The position numbers and the translations under genes are program-made. From an uncultured Desulfobacterales bacterium (lineage in GTDB: Bacteria > Desulfobacterota > Desulfobacteria > Desulfobacterales > SURF-7), in contig CAZOEW010000001.1 in assembly GCA_964578935.1 (NCBI GenBank), forward strand, positions 1-53,611: a stretch of DNA of 53,611 bases, read 5' to 3'. Positions within the stretch are counted from its first letter, which is position 1, and each line of letters starts with the position of its first letter. The notes below the pieces were generated by a model. That model was given only the letters and a program-made list of their open reading frames with translations. It was not told the origin of the DNA and ran no database searches. Positions 15,886-23,097 of the stretch are shown here, piece after piece.

Positions 15886-17922
15886 GTGTTTGGTATTTTT
15901 CCCCAAATCGGTTTTCATCGGCTCCATGTTGAAGAGGTGCCCGAATTGATCTGGATCGACCTCCGCTGCTTTTTTACAAATATCTTCAAAGCAGACATAG
16001 AAGCCCCTTGGCCATTTATCTGCCTGACTGATGTGTCTATAGGATTTCATCACACTTTTGTGCGGGAAGATCAGATAACAGATAATTTGAAACTCATGCC
16101 TGTCTTTTTGGAAAATATCCTCTGCTGCCTGTTTCAGGGCTTTTTCTTTTTCCGGGGAATAAAAACAGAAAAAGATTTTTCTCCCGTTTTTGTTTTCCGC
16201 AATAAAGTCGATATGGCCAAGGCTGCTGTCATGGATTTTGAAATCAGCAGTTTCTGTATGGATATCCAGAGTCGCGTCATGAAAGGAGCCTTCTGCAACG
16301 GATTTAATTTTATAATTATCTTTTAACAGGATGGCGCGAAGGAGGGACAGGCATATTCGATTGTATGCCCTGCGATTTATCCTTTTATCGGATATTGTTT
16401 CCCGGATTTCCTGCACGGATCGTTCGGCAAGAAGATTCTGCAATGAGGGTTTGATTAAATTCCCGGCATGGCATTTCACTTTTTCCGGCTGATCCGACCT
16501 TTCGTGGAAAGCGGCCATTTGAACAAATAATTCCACTTCGCGATAATCGTTCTTTCCAGATTTTTTTAAAATTTCTTTTTCAGTTTGCGACTTCCAGGTA
16601 AGAGAATAATAGTGATCCGACACACGGACTTTCTGTTTGTTTGACTTTTCGGCGATATCTGGGAAATTCGATCCTGCCGTCTCTGTTTTATACCCCATTT
16701 TTAAAAAAGTATGATGCAGTGTTTCCCCGTATTCTGTATTTTTGGTTCTATGCGCTAAAATTATTTTGCATGAATGGCCTGAGTGTTTCCTGATCCGGCT
16801 TAAAAAAGGCTTCAGTTTCTGAATATCGTCTTTTTCCGGAAGCGCTTCTGAATGCCATTTCAATAAATCCGTACAATTCATTTTAAGCCAGGCGCCCCAG
16901 AACGCTGATAAAATCGAATAATGATTGTCTCTATTATAAAGCGGATCAATCAATACATGCGTAATTTTTAGTTTTCGGGGAAAGGGTTCGGATCTTAAAT
17001 CCGTAAGATGAATATATGCCTGATCATTGGTGTTTTCAAATTCATCCATTGAATTCGCAAAGCCTGTAAAACCCAAAAGGGAATTTAATTCCTTCTTGCA
17101 GGTTAACACGGCAGCAAACTGCTTCTCAAAAGCCTTCCAGACATTGATCTCCTGTCCGGGTGATGGTGAAAAGCGATCAGAAGTTTTCCACCAGCGTGAC
17201 GCAGCGCCGGATTTCGCTGTTGTATTTTGTATCGTGATGCAGTTCGTAAGAATTCCCGTAAACACATATTGAAGTACTTCCCTGCATCTTACAGACGAGA
17301 TTTTATGAATTGCATTCAGCAGTTCAGCCAAAGACGCTAAATTTCGGCTTGTAAAAAAATCTTGAATGAAGAGGGCATCTTTTTTTTTAGAAAGGGTAAT
17401 TTTTTTTTCAGGATACCAATATTCGGGCGGAGCCTTCGATTCTGAAAGCTGTCGCTGGATCTGGAATTTTGACAGGCGCTTCAACTGGTTGAATCCACAA
17501 TATTGACAGGTGATCCTGACAGATTCAGGCCGTTCTTTTCGTCCTTCTTTCACCCATTTCAAATATTCGTAGTTTACTGGTTTTTTACATCCAGGGCATA
17601 TACCGGTATATCGGTTTTGTATATTTCCGGAAACTTTTTGTTGAATTTCTTCAAAAGCCTTTTTTAAAGAATATAAACCAACGGGCTGGGCTAAAACTTT
17701 TATCAGGAAAACAGCCACTGGATTGATGTCACCGGCCAATACTTTCGAACCGCGTTGAAGTGCCGTAACAACAGGAGCGGCTTCCCTGCAAAACAAATCA
17801 AGCAGAACATCTCCTGGCTGCATGTCTTTAAAGATTCTGTGGAGTTCATTGGACTGCTTTTGCCCCCAGTATGGATGAGAACGGGTAACACAATGTAAAA
17901 AAGGGGGCTGTTTCATATTCAA
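14812..17922 (-). CDS. pyrK: 1036-aa fusion ORF: methylase-like Zn-ribbon module + uncharacterised middle + PyrK-like FAD/[2Fe-2S] electron-transfer domain
   Basis: Uninterrupted ORF. Residues ~680-1036 are PyrK-like (GPGQFVMID, LKRPFGI, LIGGGVGMAPL, CGPKPM, CGIGVCMSCVC..VCVDGP). Residues 1-~420 are methylase-like (see separate features). The gene symbol applies to the C-terminal domain only. Confidence 0.8.
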   Translation of the reverse strand: MNMKQPPFLHCVTRSHPYWGQKQSNELHRIFKDMQPGDVLLDLFCREAAPVVTALQRGSKVLAGDINPVAVFLIKVLAQPVGLYSLKKAFEEIQQKVSGNIQNRYTGICPGCKKPVNYEYLKWVKEGRKERPESVRITCQYCGFNQLKRLSKFQIQRQLSESKAPPEYWYPEKKITLSKKKDALFIQDFFTSRNLASLAELLNAIHKISSVRCREVLQYVFTGILTNCITIQNTTAKSGAASRWWKTSDRFSPSPGQEINVWKAFEKQFAAVLTCKKELNSLLGFTGFANSMDEFENTNDQAYIHLTDLRSEPFPRKLKITHVLIDPLYNRDNHYSILSAFWGAWLKMNCTDLLKWHSEALPEKDDIQKLKPFLSRIRKHSGHSCKIILAHRTKNTEYGETLHHTFLKMGYKTETAGSNFPDIAEKSNKQKVRVSDHYYSLTWKSQTEKEILKKSGKNDYREVELFVQMAAFHERSDQPEKVKCHAGNLIKPSLQNLLAERSVQEIRETISDKRINRRAYNRICLSLLRAILLKDNYKIKSVAEGSFHDATLDIHTETADFKIHDSSLGHIDFIAENKNGRKIFFCFYSPEKEKALKQAAEDIFQKDRHEFQIICYLIFPHKSVMKSYRHISQADKWPRGFYVCFEDICKKAAEVDPDQFGHLFNMEPMKTDLGKNTKHRIKHFKAEVIQNTPVGLDGKPMHFKLQFTAPDMHTIGPGQFVMIDTLPEGHRKKRNRSPEKRISEYRKHAMDLSARSFLKRPFGIQRAYYKHFEWGYHNKLHLPAQLAAITNTVYPHQFEIFYKIIEDGIGTNELKNLNPGNQIKILGPLGKFINIPKWRSDNVDEVHLIGGGVGMAPLVFFGQALKFYSFKLKAFIGIDRIESLREAPYGKTFSDESEKAYVYINELSKIGLNPDEIFLSRESTENEILSDKINHKNYHVGLVVDHYSLFLNRLKQTESILILACGPKPMLIALKNIATKFNIPMKVLLEKRMGCGIGVCMSCVCRTRKGSKGSRYSRVCVDGPLFDSKEIDWEQL
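16663..17922 (-). other. N6/N4 DNA-methylase-like module with internal Zn ribbon (residues 1-~420)
   Basis: Motifs: HPYWGQK..GDVLLDLFCREAAPVVTALQRGSKVLAGDINPVA (motif I-like), CPGC..CQYC ribbon, FFTSRNLASLAELL, and LIDPLYNRDNHYSILSAFWGAWL (DPPY-like). Confidence 0.55.
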
Positions 17923-18127
17923 TCTCGATGAATTATATATAGAAATCGCGTATCCGCTCCAAGGGAATTTTATCTGTTGAAAGGATGATGAACATTCACA
18001 AATTCTACAGGCTGTATCATCCTTCCTGAATTCTTTCTGACAATGGGATCACATGGAGGAGTATATATAAACGATCTGATTATAATGCAAGAATCATCTG
18101 CCAATCGATGGAATAAAAAGAAGTTTG

Positions 18128-19558
18128 TTATATCTGGGTGTTCTGATCCGAAAGATCCGGAATATATTCCAAACCCTGATGCCGCAATATATCATAATAG
18201 ATCATGATCTGCCTTACATAGCGGACCGGCTCCGTTCCTCTGCAATATCCGTATTTGGCATCTTTAAAATATTTCCATTTTCGAAGCATGGGGAGCGTCT
18301 TGGAAAGAGATGACCATTTGTTGGGGTCCAGATTCATTTTTTTTGCCAGTCTCTGGGCGTCGCGAATATGTCCCTGTCCTGTATTATAAGCTCCAAAAGC
18401 AATAAACAGCCGGTCTGCGCTCTCTGCGCCCTTAAACAGGTCATACAGCTCCTTTAAATGTCTGACACCCGCATTGATGTTTTGAGTCGGGTCATAAAGG
18501 TCTGTTACACCATAGGCCTGGGCAGTTCTTTCGGTTAGTTGCATCAGCCCATGGGCTCCGGCAGGGCTTTTCGCCAACGTTCTGAAATGGGATTCCTGAT
18601 ATATCTGAGCCGCGATGATTCTCCAGTCAAAACCATATTGATCCGCTGCACTCCGGATCAGGGGGATGAATTGGGGAAGCCTCGAATGAATACGTCTATG
18701 ATAGGCCCGTAAATCGACATAATCGAACAGCTCGAGATCCATATAATATTTTTTATAAATTTGATTAAATGTTCCATCTTTTTTTATTTTGACAAAAAAT
18801 TCATTAATTTTTTCGACAAGTTTTTTTGATTCAGGATGAACCGCCCAGCCGATATGATTCTTTTTGCTGATAGAACCACGGGCAACTGCCTTTGGAAAAT
18901 ACCGACGGTTCAGCATGGCCACATTGCTGTCTGCAATGGTGATCTCTATTTTTCCTTCCGCGACTTTCTGTATCAGTTCGGCAGTGGGTATATTGTCCAC
19001 GGCTTCGATGGTTATGGACATTCCGTTTTGCTGTAATTCCTTCAACCGTTCCTCATAGGAGGTTCCTTTTCGTACATGTATGGTTTTTCCAGCCAGGTCT
19101 TCCAGTTTTCGAATATTATAGTTTTCTCTATTTACGACAATCTGCTGCCGTGTGGTTATATATTCCTTCGAAAACAGGATGATGCTTTGACGTTTTGGCG
19201 TAATCGTCAAACTGGCCGCGATGACATGAGCTTGTCCATCCAGAAGCTTTGGGATCATTTCTTCCCATTTTTCAATAATGATTATTTTCAGCTTTACCCC
19301 GAGGTAATCGGCAAATGCACGTGCAAGATCGTATTCAAACCCCATCTTCTGGTCCCGGTAGGTATAATAGCAGTGGGCATTGTTTCGGGTGATAAAGAAT
19401 ATTTCATTTTTTTCCAGTATGTTGTCGAGACAATCCGTTTTGAACAGTCTTTCGCGGGATAAAAAAAGGACTGAACCAATGAGGATAAGAAAAAATAAAA
19501 CCCCGGGCAGGATATGGGGTGTTTTGAAAATCGTATTGATCCGGTGTGAAAAATACAA
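18128..19558 (-). CDS. mltF: membrane-bound lytic murein transglycosylase F-like (SBP_bac_3 + SLT domains)
   Basis: 476-aa ORF with an N-terminal TM/signal segment, a solute-binding-like middle and a C-terminal SLT motif (QIYQESHF..AGAHGLMQL..AYNTGQGH). The start codon appears to be TTG. Confidence 0.8.
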   Translation of the reverse strand: MYFSHRINTIFKTPHILPGVLFFLILIGSVLFLSRERLFKTDCLDNILEKNEIFFITRNNAHCYYTYRDQKMGFEYDLARAFADYLGVKLKIIIIEKWEEMIPKLLDGQAHVIAASLTITPKRQSIILFSKEYITTRQQIVVNRENYNIRKLEDLAGKTIHVRKGTSYEERLKELQQNGMSITIEAVDNIPTAELIQKVAEGKIEITIADSNVAMLNRRYFPKAVARGSISKKNHIGWAVHPESKKLVEKINEFFVKIKKDGTFNQIYKKYYMDLELFDYVDLRAYHRRIHSRLPQFIPLIRSAADQYGFDWRIIAAQIYQESHFRTLAKSPAGAHGLMQLTERTAQAYGVTDLYDPTQNINAGVRHLKELYDLFKGAESADRLFIAFGAYNTGQGHIRDAQRLAKKMNLDPNKWSSLSKTLPMLRKWKYFKDAKYGYCRGTEPVRYVRQIMIYYDILRHQGLEYIPDLSDQNTQI

Positions 19559-19996
19559 TTAGAAAGCCCCCAGCTGACAGGAACCGATTTTTATCGACAG
19601 GGTTTCACAGGCATTCCCGACTTCTAATTTGTTGATGTCAAGGTCCGATGCAATCCGCCAGGCATCCTTGCAGGAAATTTTTCCTTTATCTGCCGAGCTT
19701 ATAATTTTTTCCTCAAGGCTTTTTCGGATGACCGTAATGGGTTTGACGATTTTTTTTTCAGGTTTATAGCCGAACAAACCCAGCTGGCATTTTATCAGCC
19801 TGATTTTCAAAAAATCCGCAACCTTTCCGATTTCATCCATTGAAACGCGCTGGTCTTTGCTGATTTTAAATGCGACAGCGCAGGGCAGCTCATTTCCCGC
19901 GGCTCGTTCAAGCAAAATTTTTTTAAGCTTTGGATTCGGTTCTATGGAAGAACCGGCTTTGCTTTTCAACGTTTTTTTTTCGGGCTCGCTCATCAT
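19559..19996 (-). CDS. hypothetical protein with an internal duplication of a Cys-containing ~40-aa module
   Basis: 145-aa ORF. Two gap-free repeats each contain C..(29 aa)..CQLGxF. Its stop is directly followed by the mltF start. Confidence 0.5.
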   Translation of the reverse strand: MMSEPEKKTLKSKAGSSIEPNPKLKKILLERAAGNELPCAVAFKISKDQRVSMDEIGKVADFLKIRLIKCQLGLFGYKPEKKIVKPITVIRKSLEEKIISSADKGKISCKDAWRIASDLDINKLEVGNACETLSIKIGSCQLGAF

Positions 19997-20292
19997 GCAT
20001 ACCCTTTTTTGTTTGATTACAGGTTAATTGTCGTGAATCTTGTTTCAGCAGGTGATTTTATTTATATAGCAATTTTTTATAAAACACAATTCCTGTTGAT
20101 AAACATCTATTTGCTTGAACAAAAATGAAGCGTTTGCTACTCTTTTTCAGTTTCTTTCCGGGAAGGGTTGCTTTTCGTTATGTCCGCGTCATCAGCACGG
20201 TCCGTTACGCTGGTTTTCGATAAATCCCAGAAAAAATATCTGAAGACCGGCTGATTATGCTTTTGGACTTTCCGTTAACAAGGATGCTTGTT

Positions 20293-21390
20293 ATGAGTGG
20301 CAGATCGTTTCAAATTCATCGCAAAAAGACCAGGCCGATTCATGTCGGAAAAGTGCAAGTAGGCGGGATGGCACCGGTTGCGGTTCAGTCCATGACAAAC
20401 ACCTATACTCAGGATGTTCAATCCACGGTCTCACAGATTCATGGGCTGGAAAAGGCGGGATGTGAAATCATACGAGTGGCGGTGCCGGATCTGGAAGCTG
20501 CTTTGGCCATCGCTCGGATTAAAAAAGAAATCTCTATTCCTCTCATTGCGGATATTCATTTTGATTTCAAGCTTGCCATTCAGGCGGCTCGCTCCGGGGC
20601 GGACGGGCTGAGAATCAATCCCGGGAACATCGGCGGCAATAAAAAGGTCAAGGCGGTTGTTGATGCGGCAAATGAATGCGGTATACCGATTCGAGTAGGA
20701 GTAAATGCTGGATCTCTTGAAAAGGATCTTCTTGAAAAATATGGAGGCGCGACAGCAGAGGCCATGGTTGAAAGCGCCATTCGGAACATTGCGTTACTGG
20801 AATCACTTGATTTTAAGCAGATAAAGATTTCCATCAAGGCTTCGGATGTCGCCCGAACCGTAGAAGCATACCGTCTTCTTTCCGACAGAACAGACATTCC
20901 CCTTCATGTCGGCGTTACCGAAGCAGGGGGGCTTTATTCCGGAATCGTGAAATCCTCCCTTGGTATCGGAATGCTTTTATCCGAAGGGATCGGAGACACA
21001 ATACGGGTATCGCTTACCCGTGATCCAATAGAGGAGGTGCGGGTAGGATATGAAATTCTCAAAGCCCTTGATATCCGGCGTCGTGGCCCGGAAATTATTT
21101 CATGCCCTACCTGTGGACGCTGTAATATTGGTCTGTTCGATATTGCGGAACAGGTTGAAAAAGCAATGATGTTTTCATCCCTGCCTATCAAGATCGCGAT
21201 TATGGGATGTGTGGTTAATGGCCCTGGAGAGGCAAAAGAGGCGGACATCGGGATTGCCGGCGGCGATGGAATTGGAATTCTGTTTAAAAAAGGAAAGGTC
21301 GTTAAAAAAATCCCCCAGGAAAAACTGGTGGAGGGACTCCTTAAAGAGATTGCCGATTATGAAAAAAATAGTAAAACAACATCCGGATGA
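20293..21390 (+). CDS. ispG: 4-hydroxy-3-methylbut-2-en-1-yl diphosphate synthase
   Basis: ORF 20257-21390. The likely start is M13 (MSGRSFQIHRKKTRPIHVGKVQVGGMAPVAVQSMTNT), which mirrors the IspG N-terminus. C-terminal CPTCGRC and GCVVNGPGE. Confidence 0.9.
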   Translation: MSGRSFQIHRKKTRPIHVGKVQVGGMAPVAVQSMTNTYTQDVQSTVSQIHGLEKAGCEIIRVAVPDLEAALAIARIKKEISIPLIADIHFDFKLAIQAARSGADGLRINPGNIGGNKKVKAVVDAANECGIPIRVGVNAGSLEKDLLEKYGGATAEAMVESAIRNIALLESLDFKQIKISIKASDVARTVEAYRLLSDRTDIPLHVGVTEAGGLYSGIVKSSLGIGMLLSEGIGDTIRVSLTRDPIEEVRVGYEILKALDIRRRGPEIISCPTCGRCNIGLFDIAEQVEKAMMFSSLPIKIAIMGCVVNGPGEAKEADIGIAGGDGIGILFKKGKVVKKIPQEKLVEGLLKEIADYEKNSKTTSG

Positions 21391-21527
21391 TAGGATGCTG
21401 TGATAAACGTTCTTTTTTCAGTAAAGCCGTGATAAAAAAGAGTGATCGAAGGCGGATCCGGAAAAGGACAACATACAAGTGGATTAAACAATATATTTTG
21501 TTTTTGATTTGAAAGATGAGGATTGAG

Positions 21528-23048
21528 ATGAGCAAACAGCTTGAGACTGCGATATCGCCAACGCGGATTGAGGACTATCCTGAATGGTATCAGCAGGTAG
21601 TAAAAGCATCGGAACTGGCGGAAAAATCTCCTGTGCGGGGTTGCATGGTTATCAAACCATGGGGGTATGCCCTGTGGGAAAATATAACGCATACGCTGGA
21701 TCGTATGTTTAAAGAAACAGGCGTAAAAAATGCGTATTTCCCACTTTTTATTCCGTTAAGTTTTCTGGAAAAAGAAGCGGAACATGTTGAAGGGTTTGCC
21801 AAGGAGTGTGCAGTCGTTACGCATCACAGGCTTGAAAAAGGGCCTGACGGCGGATTGGTTCCTGCAGGGGAGCTTGCTGAGCCTCTTGTTGTTCGTCCAA
21901 CTTCTGAAACCATTATCGGCGATTCATTTTCCAGGTGGGTATCAAGCTATCGCGACCTTCCCATTCTGATCAATCAGTGGGCAAATGTGGTTCGGTGGGA
22001 GATGCGGACAAGAACATTTCTGAGGACAAGCGAGTTCTTGTGGCAGGAAGGGCACACCGCGCATGCGGACAGGGAGGAAGCGGTCAAACGAGCGTATATG
22101 ATGCTGGATGTATATGAAAGATTTGTAGAAGACTATCTGGCCATGCCGGTTATAAAGGGAGAGAAATCTGCTTCTGAAAGATTCCCGGGAGCTGTTGATA
22201 CACTGTGTATTGAGGCGATGATGCAGGATCGGAAAGCACTTCAGGCCGGTACTTCTCATTTTCTCGGGCAAAATTTTTCCAGAGCTTCGAATATTCGTTT
22301 TCAGTCTGCTGAAGAAAAAGAAGAATATGCATGGACTACCTCATGGGGTGTTTCAACCCGTATGATAGGGGGACTGGTCATGACTCACGGCGATGATGAT
22401 GGAATTGTTTTACCTCCCCGGATCGCTTCCGCGCATATTGTACTTCTGCCGATTTTTCGAAAGGAGAAGGATCGTCAGGCTGTGATGCAATATACGGAAA
22501 ACCTGGCAAAAGCACTTCGGGAAAAATCGTATTTCGGCCGGCACATTGTCGTTGAAGTCGACAGCCGTGATATCGGCGGCGCAAGGGGATGGGATTGGAT
22601 CAAGAAGGGAATTCCGATTCGCGTAGAGATCGGTCCGCGGGATATTGCAGGTGATTCGGTTTTCGTTGCAAGGAGAGATAAGGGTTTAAAGGAAAAAGAA
22701 TCGATCGGCAGAGAGCAGTTTGTCTTTCAGATTACCGACATGCTGGATGATATCCAAAAGAACCTGTTCGACCGGGCACTGGATTTCAGGGAGAAGCATA
22801 CGGTTCGAATGGATGATCGAGGGGAATTTAAAGATTTTTTCACACCGGAAAATATGGAAAAACCGGAAATTCACGGAGGTTTTGTCCATTCTCACTGGTG
22901 CGGCGAAGAACAATGCGAAACCAGAATAAAAGAAGATCTCAAGGTTACCATCCGATGCATACCGTTTGACAATGAAACCGAAACCGGCAAATGTATCTAC
23001 TGCGGGGGGGCAAGCAGCAGGCGTGTTATATTCTCAAAAGCATACTGA
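21528..23048 (+). CDS. proS: proline--tRNA ligase, archaeal/eukaryote-like type
   Basis: ORF 21516-23048 of ~505 aa with no INS editing insertion. Class II motifs are present (RPTSET, FLRTSEFLWQEGHT, GTSHFLG). The C-terminal Zn-type domain ends in Tyr (..FSKAY). Confidence 0.9.
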   Translation: MSKQLETAISPTRIEDYPEWYQQVVKASELAEKSPVRGCMVIKPWGYALWENITHTLDRMFKETGVKNAYFPLFIPLSFLEKEAEHVEGFAKECAVVTHHRLEKGPDGGLVPAGELAEPLVVRPTSETIIGDSFSRWVSSYRDLPILINQWANVVRWEMRTRTFLRTSEFLWQEGHTAHADREEAVKRAYMMLDVYERFVEDYLAMPVIKGEKSASERFPGAVDTLCIEAMMQDRKALQAGTSHFLGQNFSRASNIRFQSAEEKEEYAWTTSWGVSTRMIGGLVMTHGDDDGIVLPPRIASAHIVLLPIFRKEKDRQAVMQYTENLAKALREKSYFGRHIVVEVDSRDIGGARGWDWIKKGIPIRVEIGPRDIAGDSVFVARRDKGLKEKESIGREQFVFQITDMLDDIQKNLFDRALDFREKHTVRMDDRGEFKDFFTPENMEKPEIHGGFVHSHWCGEEQCETRIKEDLKVTIRCIPFDNETETGKCIYCGGASSRRVIFSKAY

Positions 23049-23054
23049 TTCAAA

Positions 23055-23077
23055 AGCCGCAACTTGCGGCTGGTTTT
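23055..23077 (+). terminator. weak hairpin + T-tract between proS and rel
   Basis: AGCCGC-AACTT-GCGGCT followed by GGTTTTCC. Confidence 0.35.
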
Positions 23078-23097
23078 CCGGATTTGATACGTAGATT

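Noticed and set aside
15679-16326. 215-aa plus-strand ORF
   Set aside because: It is antisense to the long fusion ORF, with no recognisable motif and a Phe-rich composition caused by the opposite-strand Lys codons.
17975-18030. 9-bp stem (AAGGATGAT..ATCATCCTT) with a 26-nt loop between mltF and the fusion ORF
   Set aside because: The loop is large and no U-tract follows. It is not convincing as a terminator or an sRNA.
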